51,861 bases of DNA from a virus (Duplodnaviria > Caudoviricetes): positions 1 to 51,861 of IMG/VR virus record IMGVR_UViG_3300030329_004367; one strand, written 5' to 3'. The first letter of the stretch is position 1; each line of letters starts with the position of its first letter. Shown here piece by piece: positions 36,977-46,035 of the stretch. The notes below the pieces were generated by a model. It worked only from the letters and a program-made list of their open reading frames with translations. It was not told the DNA's origin and ran no database searches. Made by a program: the position numbers and the translations under genes.

Positions 36977-37361
36977 GTATACAAAATATCAACAAGGAGA
37001 TGTTGTTATGTATAGATTAGAAGATTCTAATCAATTTGAAAAATATAAATCATATTCAAATTATGCTAAGTATATTGGAAAGACCAATGAAAATGCTATA
37101 CTTGCATTTGGAGAAGTAACTGGACATACTCATAGAGTTGAAATGTCTAAAATGTTAGAAAATGCAGGTATTAAACTACATATGGAAAATGGTAGACATG
37201 CAGGAAAAGATGTTCCTAGAGCATTTGAAGTTACAGGGTCAGAAGTTGAATTAGAGCATGAAGAACATGATACTGTTACATTACCTCCGGGTAAATATGT
37301 AGTAAAGATTGTACGTGAATTTAACCATATAACAAGGAGAGCACAATATGTCGCAGATTAA
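36936..37361 (+). CDS. Conserved His-rich 'QGDV' protein, partner of the DUF6745-like protein
   Basis: YQQGDV...LAFGEVTGHTH...HEEHDTVTLPPGKY...RE. Confidence 0.7.
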   Translation: MSKESQKEQKPVVKYTKYQQGDVVMYRLEDSNQFEKYKSYSNYAKYIGKTNENAILAFGEVTGHTHRVEMSKMLENAGIKLHMENGRHAGKDVPRAFEVTGSEVELEHEEHDTVTLPPGKYVVKIVREFNHITRRAQYVAD

Positions 37362-38454
37362 TTTTGATAATTTTTCAAATGATACAATAGATAATAGCCG
37401 TGTTGAATATCTTATAAAACATGGAAAGCCTAAAGATATTGTATTCTTTAAAGGCGAAACAGGTGATAGATATACTATATATTTATTCATCAAAAAGACC
37501 ATAAAACAAACTGATATATATACTGTTTGGAACACATACGCTCATAGTACTGATAAAGGTAATTATGTAGGTAGTATTACATCAGACTTTATTTTACATG
37601 CTACTGGTGAAAAAACTTGGTCTAGTTGGAAAGGAGCTGCTGGAGAACTTGTAAAGCAATTAATGAGACAAGGACTATGTCCTATAAAAGATGATAAAAA
37701 ATTTACAATAAAATTCTGTAGATCATCATATTTTATAAAAACTCATGATAAAAATGAATGTACTCCTTGGCTTGGAATGAAAATAGATCTTAAATCTGGA
37801 TTGTTAGTAAATAAGCCTACTAAAGAAGCTAAACAGATATATAATACAGCTAAAGAACAAGATAAAGCTCAACGTAAACGTAATTATATAGCAAATAAAG
37901 AAAATAAAGCTGCACTTAGAAGGTATAATTTAGCTGGCGGTGATACTCAATTCCAAACTAGAGAATGGATAGATGGAAAAATGGTAGACAAAATAGATCC
38001 TACTATAGAAACAATGGATTGGTCTAAAGTTCCCATAGATGATGTATTCAGACATCGTAATGCTACATTAAGAAGTAATATAATAGAGCATTATGGAATG
38101 AATGCTATACTTGAAACATTAGAGCATGAAGTAATAGATGAAGATACTATTGATGGACGTAAATATAAACTACTTAATGTTACCATTCCTGATTTCTCTA
38201 ATAATTCTCCTGATTCAGATTCATATAAAGGTTTGTATTTAGAAATGATTAATCCTTCTACAGGAGAAAGTCATTTTGAAGGTGTACCTAATGTGCAAAC
38301 TGATGGTGGATGGGGGAATGGCTTTATAACAGAACCTACTGTAAAATGTGCTTTAACTTGGAGAGATAATGATATTTCTGTACAAGTAGAAGGATGGGAT
38401 AGTGCAAAGTTACATAATAGTTCTACTTATGTCAAACCTATAGTTCTTAAATAA
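37348..38454 (+). CDS. DUF6745-like domain protein
   Basis: C-terminal NATLRSNIIEHYG...YLEMINPSTGESHFEGVP...TVKCALTW. Confidence 0.65.
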   Translation: MSQINFDNFSNDTIDNSRVEYLIKHGKPKDIVFFKGETGDRYTIYLFIKKTIKQTDIYTVWNTYAHSTDKGNYVGSITSDFILHATGEKTWSSWKGAAGELVKQLMRQGLCPIKDDKKFTIKFCRSSYFIKTHDKNECTPWLGMKIDLKSGLLVNKPTKEAKQIYNTAKEQDKAQRKRNYIANKENKAALRRYNLAGGDTQFQTREWIDGKMVDKIDPTIETMDWSKVPIDDVFRHRNATLRSNIIEHYGMNAILETLEHEVIDEDTIDGRKYKLLNVTIPDFSNNSPDSDSYKGLYLEMINPSTGESHFEGVPNVQTDGGWGNGFITEPTVKCALTWRDNDISVQVEGWDSAKLHNSSTYVKPIVLK

Positions 38455-38463
38455 GGAGAGTAT

Positions 38464-38622
38464 ATGGCAGAAATAAAAACATATGATGTACTTATATCAT
38501 ATCCAATTAAAGTTGGAGCTGAAAGTGAAGAACATGTTAAGGAAATAATAATGTCTAATGAACTTTTACGTAATGCTTCAGACTTAACACTTCATATAAC
38601 GGAGGTAAAAGATGAAAAATAA
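38464..38622 (+). CDS. Hypothetical protein (52 aa)
   Basis: TAAGGAG SD; MAEIKTYDVLISYPIKVGAESEEHV... Confidence 0.6.
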   Translation: MAEIKTYDVLISYPIKVGAESEEHVKEIIMSNELLRNASDLTLHITEVKDEK

Positions 38623-38830
38623 TCAAACTGATTTCATAGCTGATAGATTTTCAATTATAGACAAAGAATGCGATGAAGGCATTATAGCTGTAAGAGAAAA
38701 AGCATCTGTTCAGGTTGATAGACAGAAAAAAGTAGTTAAAATGCATGACTATTCTTATACCTTTGATGAAATAATAGCTGTTGCAGAGAAACTTAAGAGA
38801 CTGGATTCAACTAATTTGACTTTCAGTTGA
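38612..38830 (+). CDS. Hypothetical protein
   Basis: 72 aa, GGAGG SD. Confidence 0.6.
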   Translation: MKNNQTDFIADRFSIIDKECDEGIIAVREKASVQVDRQKKVVKMHDYSYTFDEIIAVAEKLKRLDSTNLTFS

Positions 38831-38899
38831 TGGAGGAATGTGGGGGAAGTGACTAGAGTATATAGTTTAAGCCTATAGCTTTCTTCCCCCATTTTATCC

Positions 38900-38929
38900 T
38901 TGTAAATGTGACGCAAGACACATTATATT
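38900..38929 (+). promoter_or_regulatory. Sigma70-like promoter heading the replication genes
   Basis: TTGTAA-N18-TATATT immediately after a terminator-like stem. Confidence 0.45.
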
Positions 38930-38934
38930 TACCG

Positions 38935-39096
38935 ATGGTTAGTGAGTCAAGTTTGGAAGATATAGTTATTAAATCTTATCTTGAATTATATTTACGTTCA
39001 TTAAATGAATCACGTTCACATAGGTTTATAACTATTATCAAGAACAGGATGTTAGAGCTTATTAAGCGTAAGCAGCTGAGAAACCAAAACAAATAA
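38935..39096 (+). CDS. Hypothetical protein, possibly leaderless
   Basis: In-frame ATG 5 nt after the -10 element, no SD. Confidence 0.45.
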   Translation: MVSESSLEDIVIKSYLELYLRSLNESRSHRFITIIKNRMLELIKRKQLRNQNK

Positions 39097-39118
39097 AATA
39101 ATAAAATAAGGAGATATT

Positions 39119-39619
39119 ATGGAAGAACCAGTTTCCAATGGGGACACTGCCCCACAAATCGACTCCAATGAACTATGGAAATCTGAAGAAATAGATAAAC
39201 TTGCAAAAGCTTTATCATTAGCTCAAAAAGAAATTAAAGGAGCTGAAAAGAAATCAACTAATCCTTTCTTTAACTCTGGATATGCAGATTTACATACGGT
39301 AATAGAGTCATCTTTTCCACATTTAACCAAATATGGACTATCAGTCATTCAAGGTAATGATGGAAGGCCCGGAGAATTTTATATAACTACAATGTTATTA
39401 CATGAATCTGGTCAATGGATTAAATCTAGATTGAAAATGCCAATAGAAAAAGCTACTGCTCAAGCTATTGGATCTACTATAACATATGGAAGAAGATATG
39501 GTCTTTCAGCTATGGTAGGTATATCACAATATGATGATGATGGTAATGCTGCTTCTAATAGAGGTGGTTTAACACAAAAACATAGTGCAAGTCTTAACAA
39601 TAAACAAGGAGTAAAATAA
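39119..39619 (+). CDS. erf: ERF-family single-strand annealing protein
   Basis: NPFFNSGYADL, TMLLHESGQWI, QAIGSTITYGRRYGLSAMVGI, DDDGN. Confidence 0.9.
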   Translation: MEEPVSNGDTAPQIDSNELWKSEEIDKLAKALSLAQKEIKGAEKKSTNPFFNSGYADLHTVIESSFPHLTKYGLSVIQGNDGRPGEFYITTMLLHESGQWIKSRLKMPIEKATAQAIGSTITYGRRYGLSAMVGISQYDDDGNAASNRGGLTQKHSASLNNKQGVK

Positions 39620-40194
39620 TGGCTGTAAAAACAATGTCTGCTAATAGTGGTGGAGATGGTAAATTTAATGAAGGTTGGCATGAATTAACTATTTCTAAAG
39701 CATCTTATGGAATATATAAAGGTGGTGGTGGTGAAAAAAGATATATAAGTCTTGAATTTGATGGATATCCTGATAATATGGATTTACGTATCTATGAAGT
39801 AAGCAATAAAACTACTGGTGAGGAATTTAAAATTGCTAATTTATTTAAGCATGCAAATGCTGGAATAATTGGAGTTCTTAAAGACCCAACAGGTAAAAAG
39901 CCTGTAATTCAATATGATGATGATGAAAGTGGTTTAATTAATAAAAAAGTTAATGTCCTCTTTTATAAAGAAAGAAAGACTGGTAACGGATATACACGTA
40001 TGTTTGATAGTATTGCGCCTGTTGAGCAAGAAGGAGAACATCTTTCTTATACTGCAGATCAAGTAAAAGCTATACAAACCTCTATAGAGAAAAATTTAAC
40101 AAAAATGTTAGATTCTTCTACTAATAATAGTTTCGGTACTACTACATTAGATGCTGAAACTACAGTTGCTGGAGATGCTACAATTCCTTTCTAA
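39619..40194 (+). CDS. Putative single-stranded DNA-binding protein
   Basis: Follows ERF; EGWHELTI beta-rich core; C-terminal DATIPF tail. Confidence 0.6.
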   Translation: MAVKTMSANSGGDGKFNEGWHELTISKASYGIYKGGGGEKRYISLEFDGYPDNMDLRIYEVSNKTTGEEFKIANLFKHANAGIIGVLKDPTGKKPVIQYDDDESGLINKKVNVLFYKERKTGNGYTRMFDSIAPVEQEGEHLSYTADQVKAIQTSIEKNLTKMLDSSTNNSFGTTTLDAETTVAGDATIPF

Positions 40195-40273
40195 ATAGGA
40201 CAATCTATAAAGGGGGGAGAAAAAGCTTTGTAAGCCTTGGCGAACTCCCTCCTTTAGTAATTTAGGAGATACT

Positions 40274-40447
40274 ATGGCTAAAAAAGTACCTAAAGAAATA
40301 GCTAATGAATTATATAAAGCTATAAATAGACTTGAATATGCTACAGAATTATTGAAAATGTGGGTAGAGTATATGGATAGTGACTTAAGTGAAGCAGAAA
40401 GAGTATTAGTAAATAAATCAAAAGAATTTTTAGGAGATAATACATGA
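40274..40447 (+). CDS. Hypothetical protein (57 aa)
   Basis: AGGAG SD; MAKKVPKEIANELYK... Confidence 0.6.
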   Translation: MAKKVPKEIANELYKAINRLEYATELLKMWVEYMDSDLSEAERVLVNKSKEFLGDNT

Positions 40448-40737
40448 GTTATTATAATACTACTGCAGAAACAGGCAATATATTAGATAATGCTTGGGTT
40501 AAAACTGCAAATCAAGATGAATTAGTTTTATCAATTTTTATTAAGAATAGAACTGTTGTATTCACACCACATGAAATACAAAGTATCCTTCGTGATGATT
40601 ATGAAAAATTATTCCCAATAACGTCTGTTAGAAGGTCTATAAATACATTAACTAAAAGAGAAGCTTTAGAAAAGACTACAACTAAAAGAAAAGGTGGCTG
40701 GGGAAGAAGTAATTATTGTTGGAAATATAAGGAGTAA
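40444..40737 (+). CDS. Winged-helix DNA-binding protein
   Basis: FTPHEIQ...PITSVRRSINTLTKREALEK...G..G....W. Confidence 0.55.
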   Translation: MSYYNTTAETGNILDNAWVKTANQDELVLSIFIKNRTVVFTPHEIQSILRDDYEKLFPITSVRRSINTLTKREALEKTTTKRKGGWGRSNYCWKYKE

Positions 40738-40738
40738 T

Positions 40739-40891
40739 ATGAATATATATGAAATAGTAAATCTATGGTATGAAACACAACATGGACATTATCTTAAATG
40801 TAGAAAAGCTCAAATTAAATTTTCTGAAGAAATGCATAAATTACACGAAGCCATGAATCAACAACAAACTCATGGAGATGAACCTATTTAA
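40739..40891 (+). CDS. Hypothetical protein
   Basis: Start reassigned to ATG 40739 (AAGGAG SD). Confidence 0.5.
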   Translation: MNIYEIVNLWYETQHGHYLKCRKAQIKFSEEMHKLHEAMNQQQTHGDEPI

Positions 40892-40900
40892 GGAGAAAGA

Positions 40901-42634
40901 ATGATAAAAGAATACGCATTTGGGTTATCAAATAGACATCATTTTGGTGATGTTTCTGATGTTGAGAAGTGGACTGGTATGGCGCAAGATACTTTTATGT
41001 CCCTATGGGATTATGATGGTCACGTAGTTGACTATGTTAAAGAAAAGAAAACACTTGCCTCATATGATGGAATGTTATATATGCCAGATGAATTTCTTCT
41101 CGATGTTGATGGTGAGAATCCTGATAGAGCTAAACAAAAAGCTATCGGTCTTACTATATTATTAGATGATTTATGTATACCTTATAGGATCTATTTCTCT
41201 GGAACTGGTTTTCATTTAGGAATACCGGGACAGGCATTTAGATGGAAACCTTCACCTGATTTACATCTTAAAGTTAAAGATGAACTACAGGATAAAGGTA
41301 TATATGAATATGCAGATGTATCTGTATCTGATAAAACAAGATTAATTAGAGTAGTTAATACTTTAAATAGTAAATCTAAACTTTATAAAATACCTTTAGA
41401 GCATGCTGAATTACATAAAACAATAACTGAAATACAATCACTAGCAAAAACGCAAAGATCTACATATAAGTGGACTACATTAGAATGTGAGCCTGTATTT
41501 GATGTATTAAAACGTAAATCTAAAGCAAGTGATAAAGAATTTGAAACCGTAACACTTGGTAGGACTCCAGATCCTATCTGGTATCCATGTATACAAACTA
41601 TGATGAGTGGAACCGGGCAAGGCTCTAGACATCAAATAGCTTTACGTATAGCTGCATTTCTTAGATGGAGATATCCTGAACATATTGTTCGATTAATTAT
41701 GGAAGATTGGAGACAAAGAGTTGATTTGTCTAAACATCCTTTTACTAAATCTGAAATGGATAAAATAGTTACTGATTGTTATGATGGTCATAATGGTAAT
41801 GGTTATAATTATGGATGTACTGATGTTCATATGGACAATCATTGTCAATCAACTTGTAGACTATATAAAGCTAAAAAGTCTCAAAACTTAATGGATGCTA
41901 AATCTATGGAAAAAGAACTTGTTGAATTTCTAACAAGAGATCATGATCCTATAGATATAGGCAAGTTTTATGGACAAACATTTCCTATCTATCCGGGCGA
42001 GGTTGTAATACTACAAGCTCCACCTAAATCTATGAAAACAATGTTATTACAGAATTGGGTTAATAAGCTGAAAAGACCAACATATTTTATAGAAATGGAA
42101 ATGTCTCCACGTCAAATGTGGATGAGATTTGTTATGATGGAAAAAGGTTGGAATGAAGAGGAGCTAAAAGCACATTATAAACAATATGCTAATGGTATAT
42201 CTCAAGATTTTGACTGGCTTACAATAGATTATAATAGTTGTTATGCTCATGAGTTAAATAAACGTATTATGATGCTACCATATAAACCGGAAATAATAGT
42301 AGTAGATCATATGGGATTATTTAGATCTCAAAAGTCTGACAATAATATGAAAGTAGAAGAAGTATCTCAAGCTTTAATGGAGCTTGCAATTCAGAACAAT
42401 GTAGTAGTATTTGCTGTATCTGAAATAACAAAACAAGCTTTTCATGAAGGTATGGACATAACTTCAGCAAAAGGATCATTTAGAATTGGATATAATGCTA
42501 ATAAAGTCCTCTCTCTCACTCCTTATAAGGATGATGATAATCTGATTAAATATTTAAAAATTCAGTGCACAGCTAATAGAGAGAAAGAAGGATTAAATTT
42601 AGAATTAAATGTAAATGGAGCGACAATAGGATGA
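40901..42634 (+). CDS. Archaeo-eukaryotic primase (prim-pol) fused to a Cys-containing C-terminal domain and an SF4/DnaB-like helicase
   Basis: LLDVD, FSGTGFH, D......RLIR; PCI...RH...YGC...HC...C; QAPPKSMKT, FIEMEM, IIVVDH, ANRE. Confidence 0.85.
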   Translation: MIKEYAFGLSNRHHFGDVSDVEKWTGMAQDTFMSLWDYDGHVVDYVKEKKTLASYDGMLYMPDEFLLDVDGENPDRAKQKAIGLTILLDDLCIPYRIYFSGTGFHLGIPGQAFRWKPSPDLHLKVKDELQDKGIYEYADVSVSDKTRLIRVVNTLNSKSKLYKIPLEHAELHKTITEIQSLAKTQRSTYKWTTLECEPVFDVLKRKSKASDKEFETVTLGRTPDPIWYPCIQTMMSGTGQGSRHQIALRIAAFLRWRYPEHIVRLIMEDWRQRVDLSKHPFTKSEMDKIVTDCYDGHNGNGYNYGCTDVHMDNHCQSTCRLYKAKKSQNLMDAKSMEKELVEFLTRDHDPIDIGKFYGQTFPIYPGEVVILQAPPKSMKTMLLQNWVNKLKRPTYFIEMEMSPRQMWMRFVMMEKGWNEEELKAHYKQYANGISQDFDWLTIDYNSCYAHELNKRIMMLPYKPEIIVVDHMGLFRSQKSDNNMKVEEVSQALMELAIQNNVVVFAVSEITKQAFHEGMDITSAKGSFRIGYNANKVLSLTPYKDDDNLIKYLKIQCTANREKEGLNLELNVNGATIG

Positions 42635-42819
42635 AAGAAATACAAATAACTAAATGGCTAGATCCTGAAGATGAAACTTGGTATAACGGTACATATATTA
42701 CTACTTGCGAATGGTTAATGATTGAAAAAGATCGACTTGAAAAAATAACTAAAAAGCGAGTAGTAATACGTACTGATGGCAATGGTGCTAAAGCAATATT
42801 TAGGGAGAAAATTAAATGA
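42631..42819 (+). CDS. Hypothetical protein
   Basis: 62 aa, ATGA coupling. Confidence 0.6.
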   Translation: MKEIQITKWLDPEDETWYNGTYITTCEWLMIEKDRLEKITKKRVVIRTDGNGAKAIFREKIK

Positions 42820-43022
42820 ACTCAAGAAATTATAGTGATAAATTAGCAGATCATGAAGATTGGAAAGATGGTATGAATGCTTTTAGAGAAAAAATATTAA
42901 AAGAAATAACAGAAATCTACCAATCAATAGCAGAAATAAAAAGTTTAGCTTTAAAATTAGCTGAATATGCAGAAATAAATACTGAAATTAGAAAAACGGA
43001 GATGACTAATGACCTTAAATAA
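42816..43022 (+). CDS. Hypothetical protein
   Basis: 68 aa, coupled to the upstream gene. Confidence 0.6.
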   Translation: MNSRNYSDKLADHEDWKDGMNAFREKILKEITEIYQSIAEIKSLALKLAEYAEINTEIRKTEMTNDLK

Positions 43023-43191
43023 TGAAGAAATAATTGCATTAACTAATATTATTAATTATCTAGATGAAGCTGAAATAAAGCATTATGAAGAATGTATTGC
43101 AAGTGGTGAAGAAGCCAGTTGTCATATTTGGCATTCAATTAAAACATTAACACTTAAACTAAAACATGAAAGTATGAAGGAGACCCCATGA
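43009..43191 (+). CDS. Hypothetical protein
   Basis: 60 aa, overlapping its neighbours. Confidence 0.55.
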   Translation: MTLNNEEIIALTNIINYLDEAEIKHYEECIASGEEASCHIWHSIKTLTLKLKHESMKETP

Positions 43192-43967
43192 ACCCTTATT
43201 TACCAATAAGAAAAGTGCCATTAGATTATAATGGTATTCATTCATCTGCATATTCTGTTCAAACTGACAGAGGTGAAGAAGGATGGAAAGAAGCAGGAGT
43301 AGTAGGTAAAAGCTATATGCTATTATCTAATGAAGAAGTAAAGCAAGCAGCAACTCAAGTAGCTGAAGAATGTAATATAGAATTTGTACATGATAAGACT
43401 TTCTTTAATGGAAAGCAATATATATATTCTATGAGATCTCCTAAAGTTCTAGGAGAAGTAGAAAAAGGAGATGATGTTGCTCTTGGTATGCAATTTTGGA
43501 ATAGCTATGATGGTAGTAAATCATTTGGATATTCATTAATGCTTTATAGATTAGTATGTACTAATGGAATGATGAGTAAAGATTTCTTTAATACATATAG
43601 ATTTAAGCATGAGCCTACATCTGAGAATTGGGATGAAAATCTAGAACAAACTGTAGCTAATATTAATAGTATGTCTAATGGTGGTTTAAAAATAGAAGAG
43701 TTTATACATAATCTTAGAGAGCTTAATAAGTTAGAGATTACTATGGATGAACTAGGGAATGTTAGACATAATTATTTACAAGATATTCCTGTAGGACTAT
43801 GGGGACAAATTGTAGATAGATTTACAAAAACAAATAAAGAAGATCATAGTGGTTGGGATCTGCTTAATGCTGGTACAGATATACTCTGGCATAAAGAGAA
43901 TCCAACAGTAGCATCTTACAATCAAAATCAATTAATAGTTGATGGTCTTTGTAAGGCTGTAGCATAA
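43188..43967 (+). CDS. DUF932-family protein
   Basis: VGKSYMLLSNEE, NSYDGS, RLVCTNGM, RFKH, WDLLNAGT. Confidence 0.85.
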   Translation: MNPYLPIRKVPLDYNGIHSSAYSVQTDRGEEGWKEAGVVGKSYMLLSNEEVKQAATQVAEECNIEFVHDKTFFNGKQYIYSMRSPKVLGEVEKGDDVALGMQFWNSYDGSKSFGYSLMLYRLVCTNGMMSKDFFNTYRFKHEPTSENWDENLEQTVANINSMSNGGLKIEEFIHNLRELNKLEITMDELGNVRHNYLQDIPVGLWGQIVDRFTKTNKEDHSGWDLLNAGTDILWHKENPTVASYNQNQLIVDGLCKAVA

Positions 43968-43972
43968 TGAAA

Positions 43973-44130
43973 TTGACTATACAGAGGGAGCATCGTTAAG
44001 ATGGCTTGTGGAGATAACCCCTGATGACTGTAGTACTACAGTGTACTGGTGAAAGATGAGGATGGGATCATCATATCATAGGTTTGTGGTGGACTGGGTT
44101 GAAATGCACCAGTCATGTACGTATAGTCAA
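43973..44130 (+). ncRNA. Candidate 158-nt multibranch ncRNA
   Basis: Perfect terminal stem TTGACTATAC/GTATAGTCAA enclosing four or more hairpins. Confidence 0.5.
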
Positions 44131-44220
44131 CATATTTATAAGGGGGTACGCTTCTATTATGTCTAACCTAATTGATGAGCATAGTGTATTTATCCACACT
44201 AACCACATAGCTACCCCCTT

Positions 44221-44349
44221 ATGAAACAATTACAAGAAATATTAAAAAGAGTATTGAGAGAAAATGTAGAACTCAAGAAACAAATTAAAACTCTTGAGAC
44301 AATTCTACGTAACTATATACCAATAATAGGGAGAAAAAATAAGCGATGA
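44221..44349 (+). CDS. Small coiled-coil protein (42 aa)
   Basis: MKQLQEILKRVLRENVELKKQIKTLETILRNYIPIIGRKNKR; ATGA-coupled to the next gene; no SD. Confidence 0.5.
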   Translation: MKQLQEILKRVLRENVELKKQIKTLETILRNYIPIIGRKNKR

Positions 44350-44513
44350 AAATATGTGTAATTAAAATGGACAAAAGAGGGAGAATGTCTCTTCCTGCTA
44401 GCTTTTTAAGAGCTAATAATCTTAAAAGAGATTCATTTGTTAGTGTATTGCCTGTATCAGGAAGAGCTGATGCAATAAAACTAGAATTTGAATTGGAAGG
44501 AAATAATAAATGA
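44346..44513 (+). CDS. AbrB/MraZ-like (swapped-hairpin) DNA-binding protein (55 aa)
   Basis: Hand-translated IKMDKRGRMSLPASFLRANNL resembles the KvD.kGRi.lP signature. Confidence 0.7.
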   Translation: MKICVIKMDKRGRMSLPASFLRANNLKRDSFVSVLPVSGRADAIKLEFELEGNNK

Positions 44514-44860
44514 AATATGAATGCGCAGATACATACATACAAATGGAACAAAAATATCCTGAAATGATAAGTGAGTTTGAGCATATAACTCATGACATGT
44601 TGCAACTATTTTGCATGAAACAGTCTGATTATGGCCCTAAAAACATAGGAATGGGTGATATAGTGGTAGACACTAACGATAAGGTGAAACGCTCTTTAAC
44701 AGGTCTTTCTGTGCGAATGAACGATAAAATCCAAAGAATGCTTAATTTAATGCTTAACAATAAAGAACCTTTAAATGAAAGTATTGAAGATACATTGATA
44801 GATATAGCTAACTATGCTGTAATGTCTTTAATTGTACAAAGAAAGCTTTGGGGGAAATAA
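44510..44860 (+). CDS. Nucleotide-modification-associated domain 1 (Nmad1/DUF1599) protein
   Basis: KQSDYG, RMNDKIQR, ESIEDTLIDIANYA. Confidence 0.8.
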   Translation: MKYECADTYIQMEQKYPEMISEFEHITHDMLQLFCMKQSDYGPKNIGMGDIVVDTNDKVKRSLTGLSVRMNDKIQRMLNLMLNNKEPLNESIEDTLIDIANYAVMSLIVQRKLWGK

Positions 44861-45090
44861 TGGATACAATTAAAGGATATTGTAAGTATTGCGATAAACC
44901 TAATGGCTTTATAAATAAAAAAGGTAGGAGTAAACATTGGGGAATGGCTTGTACAGGTTGCAGAGGAACTTTAACAAGATGGTTTAATTCTAAAAAACAT
45001 ACTTTGGAAGAGTTGTTATCTGCAAAATATAACAATAAAACTCATAAATGGGATATTCCTAGTGTACGGAGTAAATGCAAAATTATCTAA
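44848..45090 (+). CDS. Small zinc-finger protein
   Basis: CKYC...CTGC. Confidence 0.55.
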   Translation: MGEIMDTIKGYCKYCDKPNGFINKKGRSKHWGMACTGCRGTLTRWFNSKKHTLEELLSAKYNNKTHKWDIPSVRSKCKII

Positions 45091-45301
45091 ACAATATTTT
45101 AAATGTCATATGTGCCATATTGCTAAATTACAAGATGTGTATATATGGGGTAGTTTTGCTATACCTCCTGAACATTCATATGAAGAATATAGAATATGTA
45201 AAAAGTGCGCTATTAGAGAACAAGGTAAGCGTACAAAACTAGAAGATATAATAGATGAAAGGACAGAACAATGGCTGAAAAAACAAAGTCAAAGCAAATA
45301 G
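45062..45301 (+). CDS. Small zinc-finger protein
   Basis: CHMC...ICKKCAIRE. Confidence 0.55.
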   Translation: MYGVNAKLSKQYFKCHMCHIAKLQDVYIWGSFAIPPEHSYEEYRICKKCAIREQGKRTKLEDIIDERTEQWLKKQSQSK

Positions 45302-45468
45302 TAGTAGAAAATCCACCACCTCCTAAAAAGAAACCATCTCAAAAAGATGATGTCAAATATATTGGTAATGAAATGGTTAAGTTAAGTGATAGAATTAATG
45401 AAATTGAATTATCAATGGAGTCTATAAGACAAGATCTTAAAAGAGTAATGAATAGGATGGGCCTATGA
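45271..45468 (+). CDS. Small coiled-coil protein
   Basis: 65 aa ending RMGL. Confidence 0.55.
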   Translation: MAEKTKSKQIVVENPPPPKKKPSQKDDVKYIGNEMVKLSDRINEIELSMESIRQDLKRVMNRMGL

Positions 45469-45746
45469 GTGGTGCTTTATTACAAGAAAACTTTGAGAAA
45501 GCTTTAGAGACTATAAATGCTTTAAGTGAGCAAAATGAAGCATTAATGGATGAAATCCAAAGCTTGAAGTTTAAATTATCTTTATCTAATAATGAAATAA
45601 AACCAATAGAGCTATCACCTGATGATGAAGAGCGATATGCAAGAATAGCTGAAGGTGCTGAAGCTGCAATGAAACGATATAAACAATTCTTAAAAAAGGA
45701 GTTCCCACATGCCAAGTCCAAGCAAAGCAAAAGGCAATCGGTTTGA
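45465..45746 (+). CDS. Hypothetical coiled-coil protein
   Basis: 93 aa, ATGA coupling. Confidence 0.55.
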   Translation: MSGALLQENFEKALETINALSEQNEALMDEIQSLKFKLSLSNNEIKPIELSPDDEERYARIAEGAEAAMKRYKQFLKKEFPHAKSKQSKRQSV

Positions 45747-46035
45747 GAGAGAAATAGTAAATAAAGCAATCCAGTCTGGATTAACAGCAAAAAGAGCATG
45801 GGGGAGCAATGGTGCTGCTCTTGGTATGCATGAAGAAGTCGACCTAGTTATAGGAAAGGATCCTGAAATTAAAGTACAGGCTAAATGTAGAAAAAAACTT
45901 GCTTCATTCTTACAACCATCTGAACATGTAGATGCTGTTATATGCAAACAAGATAGGGGTGAAACATTGGTAATTCTAAGACTTGAAGATTGGTTAGAAT
46001 ATCAATTTATTACTAGAATGGTAGAGGAAAGATAA
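45709..46035 (+). CDS. Holliday-junction resolvase, Hjc-like PD-(D/E)xK nuclease
   Basis: SKAKGNRFEREIV...VDL...VQAK. Confidence 0.8.
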   Translation: MPSPSKAKGNRFEREIVNKAIQSGLTAKRAWGSNGAALGMHEEVDLVIGKDPEIKVQAKCRKKLASFLQPSEHVDAVICKQDRGETLVILRLEDWLEYQFITRMVEER

